Positions 8,318 to 17,649 of a stretch of 64,000 nucleotides of DNA are shown here, piece after piece. The translations under genes and the position numbers were made by a program. Under the pieces are notes generated by a model that saw only the letters and a program-made list of their open reading frames with translations, was not told the origin of the DNA and searched no databases. Position 1 is the stretch's first letter; each line of letters opens with the position of its first letter. The stretch is from an uncultured Dehalococcoidia bacterium (GTDB taxonomy: Bacteria > Chloroflexota > Dehalococcoidia > SZUA-161): contig CAZNOI010000005.1 in the NCBI GenBank assembly GCA_964574685.1, positions 69,875 to 133,874 of the forward strand, in the 5' to 3' direction.

Positions 8318-11300
8318 ATGTCGCAGGATAGCTTCAGCGAAGCACTGTTGGAGGGCCGACAGCTTCTCAATGAGGAGAGGCATGAGGAGGCCCTCAATGC
8401 TTTCAACCGGGCCATCGAGGTCTACGCCGACAACCCCGGGAATGCCATTGCATGGCGGGGTAAAGGCGCGGCGCTCCTGCGTATGGACAGGTACGAGGAA
8501 GCTTTGGAGGCCCTTAATTGCGCCACAGCACTGAACTCCAAGGATGCCGCAGCCTGGCATGGGACCGCCGTAGCCCTGCAGCAATTGGACCGGCATGAGG
8601 AGGCGCTGGACGCGTTCGACAGGACTATCAGCCTCAATCCTTCCAACGCAGTGGCCTGGACAAGAAAGGGCTCGTCGTTGCTTGCGCTGGAGAGGCACGC
8701 CGATGCGCTGCAGGCAATCGACAAAGCCCTCAAGTCCGATCCGGATAACCCATCTGCGTGGCGAAGCAGGGCAACCGTGCTCTCCGAACTCAACAAGACA
8801 GAAGAGGCCCTGCGGGCCTTCGACCGGGCGATAGAGCTGGCAGCCGAGAGCGCCGCCTCCTGGCAGGGAAAGGGCGAGGTCCTTCTGCGCCAAGGCAGGT
8901 ACGACGAAGCCCTGGATCATATCGGAAAGGCGCTTGAACTCGATTCGCAGAGCGCCGAGTCATGGAAGAGTGGCAGTATCTGCCTGACTGCCCTCGGAAG
9001 GCTGGATGAGGCGCTAACGGCGGTTGACAAGGCGATCCATTTGAAGCCGGATGATGCCGGTATCTGGAGGCAGAAGGGCGCCGTACTGCTCGGCCTCAAT
9101 CGATACGCTGACGCGCTGACCGCCCTGGACAGGGCGCTGCAGGCCGACCGCCTGCTTGAGGGCGCATGGCGCATGAAGGGAGAGGCGCTCGTTGCGCTGG
9201 GGAGGTACAGTGAGTCGCTGCCAGTCCTGAGCCAGGCCGTGGACCTGGACGGCGAAGACTGGGAGGCGTGGCGCCTGATGGGGCACGCTCTCGCGGGACT
9301 CGGCAGCTACGAGCAGGGGCTCCAGGCCTATGAAAGGGCTATCGAGCTTTGTTCCAGCGATGCCGACGCGCGAGCGAGCAAGGGGTCCGTTTTGCTGCAT
9401 CTGGGGAGGCCCAAAGAGGCCCTCCAGGCGCTCAACAAGGCCCTGGACCTGCGTCAGGATGATGCTGCGGCATGGTGCGACAAGGGTGTTGCACTGTCCC
9501 AGGTGGGCCGGCACAAGGAGGCCCTGCAGGCGCTCGAGAAGGCCATTCAGCTCGAGCCGGATGAGGCATTCTGCTGGCACGCCAAAGGCATCGCTTGCAC
9601 GGCGCTCAACAAGCCGGTCGATGCTCTGGCTGCCTTCGACAAGTCTCTTGGGCTGGCGCCACGCGACCCGGATATCTGGAGCAACAAGGCCATGCTGCTG
9701 GCCCGCCTGGCTCGTCACGGTGAGGCCGTGGAGGCCTACGACGAATACATTGACCTGAAGCCGACCGACCCGGCCGGCTGGGCAGCCAAAGCTGAATGCC
9801 TGATCGCCCTGGAACGATATGAGGAAGCCTTGAGGGCGCTCGACCGCGCTCTGGACCTCGGTGAAGGCACATCGCCGTTATGGGCCGAGAAGGGCCGAGC
9901 CCTCATGGCGACCGGCGACGATTTGGGCGCAGCCGAGGCGTACGAGACAGCGGTCAGGATCGATCCGGGCAACGGCTCTGCCTGGTCCGAGCTCGGGCAG
10001 GCGCTTCTTCGTCTCGGCCGCTACGAAGAAGCCGCAACTGCGTTTGATAGAGCAACAGGTCTCGGGCACAGTGATGCGGCGACGTGGAGCGGCAGGGGTC
10101 GTGCTCTGGCGAACCTCGACAGATACTCAGAGGCCCTCGACAGCCTTGACAGGGCGGTCGATACGTATCCTGACGATGGCGGCGTCTGGTACGAGAAGAG
10201 CCTTGTGCTCATGCAGCTCAACAGGCGAAAGGATGCGTTGCACGCTCTTGACCGTGCGATCGAGCTTGGTCTCGAGTCGGCTGCGCCCTGGCGCGATAAG
10301 GGAGCGATCCTGTTGGAGATGGGCAGAGCGCAGGAGGCAGCCCGTGCGCTGGAGAGGGCAACCGAGCTTGATCCAGAGCACGCCGCCACCTGGGACAGGT
10401 TCGGTCACGCCCTGTACGAGATGGGAGACAACGAACGGGCGCTGGACGCCTTCGGCAGAGCGGCCGGCCTTAATCCGGGGGACCCCGAGACATGGCTCCA
10501 CATGGGACTCGCGCATTTCGCGACGGGCGGCCTGGAGGAGGCCCTCAAGGCCTTGGACCACGTTGCGGAACTGGATGATGAGAACACATCGGTGTGGAAG
10601 TGGAAGGGCCTCGCTCATCTCCAGGTTGGCAGGCCGGCGGAAGCGCTGGATGATCTCGAGAAGGCGGCTGAGCTGGATTCGGATGATACCGATATTTGGC
10701 TGGGGATCGGGGATGCCCTCGCCCGCCTGGGCAGGAACGAGGAAGCCCTCGAAGCCTTTGACAGGGTACTTGCGATAGACCCGGCCGAATCAGAGGCCAG
10801 GAGTCGCAAGGGATGTGTCCTGGTCGATATGGGCCGGTACGAACAGGCACTGAGCCTGCTTGGTGGGGATGCCGGTCTTGATGAGAGCAGTGCCCCGGTG
10901 ATGGAGTGCCGCGCGATTGCCCTGCACGAAATGGGCAACGCCGCCGAAGCCCTGACTGCGTTGGACGCCGCCCTGAGATTCGCAGCGGACAGCCCGTCTC
11001 TCTTGAGGCGCAAGGCCGAAGCCCTGCGTCAGCTTCACAGGCTTGATGAGGCACGTACGGTTTGCGACGAGGCCATTCGTCTCGACGATAATGATCCCGG
11101 CACCTGGTATTGCCTTGGGGCGATCCTTTCGGAGCAGGGGAGGAGCGAGGAAGCTGTCAAGGCCCTGGACAGAGCTGCCCAACTCGAACCGAACGCTACC
11201 GATACGTGGTCTTTGAAGGGGGCGGCTTTGCTCTCCCTGGGTCGCTGGCGCGAAGCCTTGCATGATCTCGAAGTGGCCGTACGCTTGAATCCTACCGATG

Positions 11301-13474
11301 CTCCATCCATGGTCGGCAAGGCTGCTGCGCTGTCGGAGCTTGGTAGAGCCGACGAGGCTCTCCAGGCGCTGGACGCGGCAATCCAGCTCGACCCGGGCTG
11401 TTTGTCAGCGTGGAGAGACAAGGGGTCAATCAAGCTCCGCATGGGGATGCATGAGAGCGCACTGGAGGCGTTCGGACGGGTGCTTCGCCTCGATGCCGGT
11501 GATTCTACCGCATGGTGTGGCAGAGGCACCGCCCTCACGGAGATGGGGCGCTATGAGGAGGCGTTGCAGGCGTTTGAAGAGGCAACCAGGCTGGAACCAG
11601 AAGACCCCGCAGTGTGGGCAAGCATGGGCTATGTCCTCCTTCGACTGGGACGGGCGGAGGGAGCGTTGCGGGCGCTGGAGAAAGCCGTCACGATGCGGTC
11701 CTCTGACCCTGCTACGCGAGTAAATATGGCCGCGGCATTTGGCAGTCTGGGCAGGCATCTGGAGGCAGCGAGGGCCCTTGATGCGGCCGCCGACCTCGAC
11801 GCTGCAGGGCTTGAGTGCGATCTCGGCAGGGCAGTTGCCTCTATGGCGCTGGGACGAATCGAGGATGCTCTGCGCGATTTCGAGAGGGTGATCAGCACTC
11901 AGCCGGAGAACGCGACAGCCTGGCAGGGGAAGGGATTGGCTACAACGATGCTCGGAAAGCACCAGCAGGCCGTCCAGGCTCTGGACAGGGCGATCGCACT
12001 GGAGCCGTCGAACGCAGACTCGCGACGCTGCCGCGGCATAGTACTGGGGATGCTGGGAAGACACCGACAGGCCCTGCAGGACCTGGACGAAGCGCTGCGA
12101 TTTGATGGAAGCGATGCCCGTGCATGGACCGCGAGGGGTGTGATCCTTCTGGAGGCAGGTCGTGGCGTGGAAGCCATGGACGCGTTCGAGAAGGCTGTCG
12201 AGTTGGAGCCGGACGACCCTGTGAACTGGCGCAATCTCGGCCACGGGCTTGCTCATCTGAGCAAGTGGCGGGAGTCGCTGCAGGCGTTTGACAGGGCGAC
12301 CACACTCGGCCCCGATGACCCGTCCGCCTGGAGCGGAAAGGCCTTCGTTCTGTTCTGCCTGGACCGGCCGGCGGAAGCCCTGCAGTCGTTCGACTCGGCG
12401 CTGTCCTTGAGGCCGAACAGCGCTGTTGCTCTCTATGGCAAGGGTGAGGCACTCCTCAAGCTGGGTGCGTGGGAGGAGTCCCTGGATTGCCTCGACAGGT
12501 CTCTGGAGATCAACGACCGAAGGCCGGCCGCTCACAGGGGCAAGGGCCTTTGCCACTTGAACCTCGGCCGGTACGAGCAAGCCCTGCTCGAGTTCGAGAA
12601 GGCTATCGAGTTGGACCCGGATGATGTATCCTCGCTGGAGGGTAAGGCTCAGGCGTGCTACCACTTGAGCCGCATCTGCGAGAGCGCCGAGAGGATGCTG
12701 GAGGATGCCTTCCGGAAGAGCGGCGGCCAGCACGCGCTGACCGGCAGGTTCGGAGTCCAGATGCTGCGGAGGAACACGGCACTGCCTGCAGGACGCGCGG
12801 GTTGCCTGGATTTCGTAATGGACGCAATCGGAAGGCAGCGGGCAACCCAGGACAGCCGCGGGACAGAAGCCGACGAGCCATACTACATCTCATTTGTCCG
12901 GGAAGGCGAGTCGGCGATCGACATGGCGCTGTCCCTTGAAGGCGCGAACGCCGCTCTCCTGAACAGCAAGGGGGCGATCCATCTGAGACTTGGCCGCCAC
13001 AAGGAGGCTGTCGCCCTCTTCGAAGAGGCCTTCCGCAGGCGGAATGAGCACAGATTCCTCTTTAACAAGGCTGTCGCGCTGGCTGGCAACGCGCTCTCGA
13101 TGAGAAAGGAGGCCGAGGAGGCCATTTCCCGCGCTATTGAGGCGGCACGCAGCACAGGCGGAGACACAGGAAGCCGTGGCGACTCGGTCTATGAGCGGTA
13201 CGAGGAAATCCTTCGAAGGGAATGGGCGCCTTCCGCTTCAGCCGGGTGCGAAGTCGAAAAGCTGGGTCCCCTCAGAGCCGCCCTGGCACTGGTGGCCGGA
13301 CGGCGCAGAGAACCGGAGACGCGGGATGTCAGCCCGGACCTGACAGCACTGGTGGAAATCAACCCACTGCTACTGGCACCTGAGTACGACATCGCGCTGC
13401 CGGTCGATGAGTTGAGGCCAATGCTTGACCCTCCCAGAGCCCCCTCCGTAGACAGCTACCCCGTCTGTAGGTAG
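8318..13474 (+). CDS. giant tetratricopeptide-repeat (TPR) protein
   Basis: 1718 aa. About 38 consecutive 34-residue TPR units follow the (W/A)xxxGxAL...Y.EAL.A.D.A..L.P pattern through about residue 1290. The C-terminal ~430 aa are not TPR. Confidence 0.85.
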   Translation: MSQDSFSEALLEGRQLLNEERHEEALNAFNRAIEVYADNPGNAIAWRGKGAALLRMDRYEEALEALNCATALNSKDAAAWHGTAVALQQLDRHEEALDAFDRTISLNPSNAVAWTRKGSSLLALERHADALQAIDKALKSDPDNPSAWRSRATVLSELNKTEEALRAFDRAIELAAESAASWQGKGEVLLRQGRYDEALDHIGKALELDSQSAESWKSGSICLTALGRLDEALTAVDKAIHLKPDDAGIWRQKGAVLLGLNRYADALTALDRALQADRLLEGAWRMKGEALVALGRYSESLPVLSQAVDLDGEDWEAWRLMGHALAGLGSYEQGLQAYERAIELCSSDADARASKGSVLLHLGRPKEALQALNKALDLRQDDAAAWCDKGVALSQVGRHKEALQALEKAIQLEPDEAFCWHAKGIACTALNKPVDALAAFDKSLGLAPRDPDIWSNKAMLLARLARHGEAVEAYDEYIDLKPTDPAGWAAKAECLIALERYEEALRALDRALDLGEGTSPLWAEKGRALMATGDDLGAAEAYETAVRIDPGNGSAWSELGQALLRLGRYEEAATAFDRATGLGHSDAATWSGRGRALANLDRYSEALDSLDRAVDTYPDDGGVWYEKSLVLMQLNRRKDALHALDRAIELGLESAAPWRDKGAILLEMGRAQEAARALERATELDPEHAATWDRFGHALYEMGDNERALDAFGRAAGLNPGDPETWLHMGLAHFATGGLEEALKALDHVAELDDENTSVWKWKGLAHLQVGRPAEALDDLEKAAELDSDDTDIWLGIGDALARLGRNEEALEAFDRVLAIDPAESEARSRKGCVLVDMGRYEQALSLLGGDAGLDESSAPVMECRAIALHEMGNAAEALTALDAALRFAADSPSLLRRKAEALRQLHRLDEARTVCDEAIRLDDNDPGTWYCLGAILSEQGRSEEAVKALDRAAQLEPNATDTWSLKGAALLSLGRWREALHDLEVAVRLNPTDAPSMVGKAAALSELGRADEALQALDAAIQLDPGCLSAWRDKGSIKLRMGMHESALEAFGRVLRLDAGDSTAWCGRGTALTEMGRYEEALQAFEEATRLEPEDPAVWASMGYVLLRLGRAEGALRALEKAVTMRSSDPATRVNMAAAFGSLGRHLEAARALDAAADLDAAGLECDLGRAVASMALGRIEDALRDFERVISTQPENATAWQGKGLATTMLGKHQQAVQALDRAIALEPSNADSRRCRGIVLGMLGRHRQALQDLDEALRFDGSDARAWTARGVILLEAGRGVEAMDAFEKAVELEPDDPVNWRNLGHGLAHLSKWRESLQAFDRATTLGPDDPSAWSGKAFVLFCLDRPAEALQSFDSALSLRPNSAVALYGKGEALLKLGAWEESLDCLDRSLEINDRRPAAHRGKGLCHLNLGRYEQALLEFEKAIELDPDDVSSLEGKAQACYHLSRICESAERMLEDAFRKSGGQHALTGRFGVQMLRRNTALPAGRAGCLDFVMDAIGRQRATQDSRGTEADEPYYISFVREGESAIDMALSLEGANAALLNSKGAIHLRLGRHKEAVALFEEAFRRRNEHRFLFNKAVALAGNALSMRKEAEEAISRAIEAARSTGGDTGSRGDSVYERYEEILRREWAPSASAGCEVEKLGPLRAALALVAGRRREPETRDVSPDLTALVEINPLLLAPEYDIALPVDELRPMLDPPRAPSVDSYPVCR
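8330..12190 (+). repeat. tandem 102-nt (34-codon) TPR coding repeats inside the TPR gene
   Basis: The periodic motif AL..LDRA(L/I)ELDP recurs every 34 aa in the translation. This is repetition at the protein level with degenerate DNA. Confidence 0.6.
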
Positions 13475-13493
13475 ACATAATGAAGAGGGCCTC

Positions 13494-13517
13494 CACGGAG
13501 GCCCTCTCTTGGTGCTC
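13494..13517. terminator. GC-rich hairpin between convergent genes (candidate bidirectional intrinsic terminator)
   Basis: AGAGGGCCTCC-ac-GGAGGCCCTCT is a perfect 11-bp inverted repeat, 20 nt after the TPR stop. It is followed by CTCTTGGTGCTCTTT. Confidence 0.5.
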
Positions 13518-13635
13518 TTTGAAACCCTCGCAGATGGTCTAATCAGCTCAACGGTGCCGACCGGTGCCGTCCATACTGCGCTTGCAGGGGTCCCGGTGCG
13601 GCATTGATGTCTCGATTGACTGTCCGCGGTTTCGA

Positions 13636-13941
13636 CTAGCCCTTGATGTTCAGGGTCTGGGTAATCGCCTGAATCAGTTCCTGCTTCTCCTTCTTCAGTT
13701 CGGAGATCAGCCTCTCGGCCTCGAAAGCCCTCTCCTTCCAGGAGTTCCTGTCCTGGACAAGGGCCTCGCACTGACTCAGGAGATACTGAACGTCCTCGGT
13801 GCCGTCAGAAGACTGGTCAACCTGGTACTCCGCCGTGGAGCTCTTGGACTTCTTGCCCGTGCTCTTCGTCTGGGTCTTCTCTACCGTCGTGTCCTGGTTC
13901 TCCATCATGCTCTTCCTCCAGTGGCCTGATTTCCGTTGCAT
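13636..13941 (-). CDS. small coiled-coil protein, paralog A (function unknown; ZapB-like architecture)
   Basis: 101 aa. A Ser/Thr/Gln-rich N-terminus is followed by the conserved C-terminus DVQYLLSQCEALVQDRNSWKERAFEAERLISELKKEKQELIQAI. The paralog differs from it mainly by synonymous changes in this frame, which indicates purifying selection. Confidence 0.6.
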   Translation of the reverse strand: MQRKSGHWRKSMMENQDTTVEKTQTKSTGKKSKSSTAEYQVDQSSDGTEDVQYLLSQCEALVQDRNSWKERAFEAERLISELKKEKQELIQAITQTLNIKG

Positions 13942-14056
13942 CTTAAAGGATTGTCAGTTCCGAGTATATCCCTCAAAAGTACCAAGCTGAGTCCCAAATA
14001 AGTCCCAATCATGAACGTGCGAATGGCTGTGTGTCCGCGCCCTCGGTGGAAGTGAG

Positions 14057-14082
14057 AAGCGCTGCTCAAGGAGGCAGCGCTT
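14057..14082. terminator. hairpin downstream of paralog B (candidate terminator)
   Basis: AAGCGCTGC-tcaaggag-GCAGCGCTT is a 9-bp perfect stem about 50 nt 3' of the paralog B stop on the minus strand. There is no clear U-tract. Confidence 0.3.
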
Positions 14083-14129
14083 GACTTCACGGCGGCAGTC
14101 TACACGGCAAGAGCCGTGCAGGTGCTTCC

Positions 14130-14408
14130 CTAGCTCCGATTAAGGGCGCCTGCGATTGCGCGGATGAGTTCCTGCTTTTCGCGCTTCAGATCGGATATGA
14201 TCCTCTCAGCCTCGAAGGAGCGCTCCTTCCACGAATCGCGGTCCTGGACCAGAGCTTCGCACTGACTCAGCAGGTAGCTGACATCGTCACTGGAATCCAT
14301 CGGCATCTCCGCCTGGTGCATCCGCGAGGCCGACTCCGATGACGAGTCAGTCTGCCTTCTCGTCTGGGGTGTCTCGTTTGTCATATCCATCTTCTCCATC
14401 ACGCTCAC
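14130..14408 (-). CDS. small coiled-coil protein, paralog B
   Basis: 92 aa. C-terminus DVSYLLSQCEALVQDRDSWKERSFEAERIISDLKREKQELIRAI. It has its own conserved upstream leader block. Confidence 0.6.
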   Translation of the reverse strand: MSVMEKMDMTNETPQTRRQTDSSSESASRMHQAEMPMDSSDDVSYLLSQCEALVQDRDSWKERSFEAERIISDLKREKQELIRAIAGALNRS

Positions 14409-14530
14409 CCTCCGTGCGGTACTACAATGCCATGCTAATGGATTGTGGTGGATAGCACCATCCCTCGAAAGTCCTGAAAGGGCGTCCCAATAAAGTCATA
14501 CGCTCGTTGGAGGGTCATGCTGGGCGTGGG

Positions 14531-15487
14531 CTATACGAGGTCTATTCGCATGAGGCCGTCGCGTGTCAGGGCCTTCTGGTAGAGCATCTTCGCCACAGCG
14601 ACGTCTTCGATAGCGAGGCCGGTCGAGTCGAATACGGTCACTGCATCCGGCCTGTCCCTCGGGGCCTTTCTGCCCGATACGATCTCTGAGAGAGTGGCGG
14701 CTATGCCATCACGTGAGAAAGCGCCGGCGCTTACCGGCACATTGATTTCGCCGCTGTGACAGGCCTGGGCCGCATCATCGACCACCACGCGGGACCGGCC
14801 GAGTATCTGCGGGTCAAGCTCCTGCTTCCCTCTCGCATCTGCACCTACAGCGTTGATGTGTGTACCCGGCTTGATCCAGCCGGCCATGACAATCGGTTGC
14901 CGAGATGGCGTGAGGGTGCAAAGGATATCAGAGTCGGCGGCCTCCTCCGGAGAGGCAGGCACGATTTCCAGGCCGAGACGCTCCCGTGCCAGCCCTTCAA
15001 CGGCCTCGGGGCACGCGTCGTGGACCTTGACCAGTTCCAGATCGAAGACCAGCCTGTGTGATTCGATGTGCATCCGGGCCTGGCATCCAGCGCCGACGAG
15101 ACCGAGCACCCGTGAGTCGCTCCGGGCCAGATACCGGGACGCGAGAGCAGAGGTAGCAGCCGTGCGGTAGGAGGTGATCTCGGTGGCGTCCATTACGGCC
15201 AGAGGATAACCGGTGGCCGGGTCGCTGTAGATGAGGACCCCCATTACGGTACGCAGTCCGCTCCTGTGATTCTTTGGGTGAACATTGACCCACTTGATGC
15301 CCGCCGCGCCGGGCACTGCCGCCGGCATCGCCCTGAAGTCTCCGTCTTCGAGGGTAATGTACGTCTTGGGCTGCATCTGGTTCTTGCCCTCGGCTTGGTC
15401 ACGAAAGGCCTGCTCGATGGCTGAGAGCGCATCGGACATCGAGAGAAGCTCAGAGACCTCTCTCCTGGTCAAGATGATAGTGCTCAT
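14531..15487 (-). CDS. ornithine cyclodeaminase / mu-crystallin family protein
   Basis: 318 aa. It starts MSTIILTRREVSELLSMSDALSAIEQAF and has a Rossmann motif GLVGAGCQARMH. These are typical of the OCD/AlaDH(archaeal)/ketimine reductase family. Confidence 0.8.
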   Translation of the reverse strand: MSTIILTRREVSELLSMSDALSAIEQAFRDQAEGKNQMQPKTYITLEDGDFRAMPAAVPGAAGIKWVNVHPKNHRSGLRTVMGVLIYSDPATGYPLAVMDATEITSYRTAATSALASRYLARSDSRVLGLVGAGCQARMHIESHRLVFDLELVKVHDACPEAVEGLARERLGLEIVPASPEEAADSDILCTLTPSRQPIVMAGWIKPGTHINAVGADARGKQELDPQILGRSRVVVDDAAQACHSGEINVPVSAGAFSRDGIAATLSEIVSGRKAPRDRPDAVTVFDSTGLAIEDVAVAKMLYQKALTRDGLMRIDLV

Positions 15488-15667
15488 ATCCTCGTCCGGT
15501 TTATGCCGCCTCTATCACGGTACCACGCGGCTCGGGCCGGCTACAATGACCTTTTACGGTGGTTGGCGGCAGTCAGATGGTACCGGAGGGGTCGCGCCCC
15601 GAGTGGCGGGACGGACGACTTCGTGACAGAGGATGGTCTTCTGGACAGTGTTGAGAAAGGGGGCGCC

Positions 15668-17515
15668 TCAGAGGTAGCCCAGGATCATGAGTTCGATGGT
15701 TGTCACGTCTCCCATGTTGACGGAGCCGTCCTGATTGGCGTCAGCTCCGCAGGTGATGTCCTGGAAACCGAGTATCATGAGCTCGACGCTGGTGACGTCC
15801 TGCATGTTGACGTTTCCATCGGCGTTCGCATCGCCGGGGGCCGTGGTCACGAAGACCATATCGTCGCCGTATGCAGTACCGTCCCCGGTTGCCGTGGCCC
15901 TGAAGTGATAAATCGTGCCCGGCTGGAGCCCGGTCAGTGAGCTGCAGAATGGTCCCGTCGAAGCCATGCACTCGGAGGCCGTCTCGTTGTTGTAGGTGTC
16001 CCCATGGCTGGTGAAGTAGTCATCGGTCGCCCACTCAAAGGCGACGTCCGTCGATGAGGCGGTACCCATGTCTCCAAGGTTGCCGTTGAGCATACAGCAG
16101 TCGCAGGCAATATCGGTTGCGGCGCTGGTATCGACGTCCGGAGGCACGAGCGGCATCCACGATACAGCGGCCGGCGCGTTCAGGAGACCCCACCCGAATT
16201 CGTTGTCCCTTCCCGCAGCGCCGAGGTCTGTCGCCGTTGACTCCAGGGCCTCTCGAATCATGTCAGGAGTCCAGGTGGGGTGTTCCGCCAGGATCAGCGC
16301 CGCCGCGCCCGCTACATGCGGCGAGGCCATCGATGTCCCCTGAACGAACCAGTACCCGAAGTCGGTAGGGTCCATCGTGGTGGGATTAAAGGTCTGCTGC
16401 AGGACACCATCCCCGTACCCGTCCCCGTTCTGATCGACGCTGACATTGCCGCCGGGGGCCACGATGTCTATGTACGACCCCGTATTCGAGTAGTAGGCCC
16501 GCGTCTGGTCGTACTGCGTAGCCCCGACAGCGATGCTGTAGACGTCATATGCCGCCGGGTACTGAGGAGCATTGCCCTCCTGGTACGCGTTACCTGCTGA
16601 GCATATGACCGTGACGCCGTTGTTGTACGCATAGGCCACCGCGTCCTCGAGTGTCTGGCTGGTACCGGGACCGCCGAGGCTCATGTTGATCACGTCCGCG
16701 CCGTTGTCGACCGCATAGTATATGCCGTCGGCCACCTGCTGGTCGGTCCCGCCGCTCGGCCCGAGCACCTTCACCGGCATGACAGTAACATTGAACGCTG
16801 TACCGGCAACGCCCGTGCCGTTGTTCGTCGTCTGGGCCACGGTACCGCACACGTGGGTGCCGTGGAACACATCATCATTGGGATGCGAGTCGCTGTTCAC
16901 GAAGTCATAGCCTGACGCGAAGCTGGTACCGGCAAGGTCAGGGGCCTGCAAATACGTCTCTCCGGGCGCCGGGCTGTAGTCCTCGTACGCTATGCCGGTG
17001 TCGAGGATCGCGACTACGACTGAGGGGTCGCCACCGTAGTCAGGGGAGGAGGCATCCATGTCCCAGGCGTCTTCCATGGCTATCTGGTCGAAATGCCATT
17101 GCAGCGGATACAGGGGATCGTCGGGACTCCAGAAGGCCTGACGAATGCGATTGGGCTCCGCGTACCGCACGATGGGCAACTCGGATAGCCTCTCGACCGT
17201 AGACTGAACGTCCACTGTGTCCGGGATGCTGAGCACCTCGAAAGCGGCGTGGGGGCTGACATAGGAGGTGTGCAGACTGAGCCTGTCCTTGGCTGATTCT
17301 ATAGCGGAGTCGACGACGCCGCGTTTGAATTTGACTATCAGTTGGCCCGGAACATAGCGCTCTGCAGGGGAGGAAGGCGAGTCGGCTACCCCAATCCTGA
17401 GGTCATCCGGGGCTTCGGCTTCGACCGGGGGCTGAGCGAGGGCTACGAACAGTGAGAGCGCGAGCAGCAGCGCTATCGCTGCAACTATCACGGGCCTCAG
17501 TTGTGCTGCTGACAT
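15668..17515 (-). CDS. secreted subtilisin-like protease (S8) with a C-terminal type-I dockerin
   Basis: 615 aa. Signal peptide MSAAQLRPVIVAAIALLLALSLFVALA. S8 motifs are HGTHVCGTV and GTSMASPHVAGAAALI. The last 59 aa carry two Ca-binding dockerin repeats, GDANADGNVNMQDVTSVELMILG and GADANQDGSVNMGDVTTIELMILG. Confidence 0.85.
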   Translation of the reverse strand: MSAAQLRPVIVAAIALLLALSLFVALAQPPVEAEAPDDLRIGVADSPSSPAERYVPGQLIVKFKRGVVDSAIESAKDRLSLHTSYVSPHAAFEVLSIPDTVDVQSTVERLSELPIVRYAEPNRIRQAFWSPDDPLYPLQWHFDQIAMEDAWDMDASSPDYGGDPSVVVAILDTGIAYEDYSPAPGETYLQAPDLAGTSFASGYDFVNSDSHPNDDVFHGTHVCGTVAQTTNNGTGVAGTAFNVTVMPVKVLGPSGGTDQQVADGIYYAVDNGADVINMSLGGPGTSQTLEDAVAYAYNNGVTVICSAGNAYQEGNAPQYPAAYDVYSIAVGATQYDQTRAYYSNTGSYIDIVAPGGNVSVDQNGDGYGDGVLQQTFNPTTMDPTDFGYWFVQGTSMASPHVAGAAALILAEHPTWTPDMIREALESTATDLGAAGRDNEFGWGLLNAPAAVSWMPLVPPDVDTSAATDIACDCCMLNGNLGDMGTASSTDVAFEWATDDYFTSHGDTYNNETASECMASTGPFCSSLTGLQPGTIYHFRATATGDGTAYGDDMVFVTTAPGDANADGNVNMQDVTSVELMILGFQDITCGADANQDGSVNMGDVTTIELMILGYL

Positions 17516-17649
17516 CCGGCTGCCTCCTGTCTATCCGGTTCCGGGCTCGTGGGCGGTGCAGGACTCGGTAGTCGCACGGCCAATGGTCGTCCGCGATTCT
17601 AGCAGGACGGCGCCAGGGTGTCAAAGCGTGTCGTTGGGTAGGCCTGGCG

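Noticed and set aside
8141-8920. 259-aa minus-strand ORF overlapping the TPR gene start
   Set aside because: Antisense to TPR codons. No motifs. The TPR gene start at 8318 is supported by periodic TPR signal from its first residues.
11426-12733. 435-aa minus-strand ORF inside the TPR gene
   Set aside because: Antisense reading of repetitive GC-rich TPR codons.
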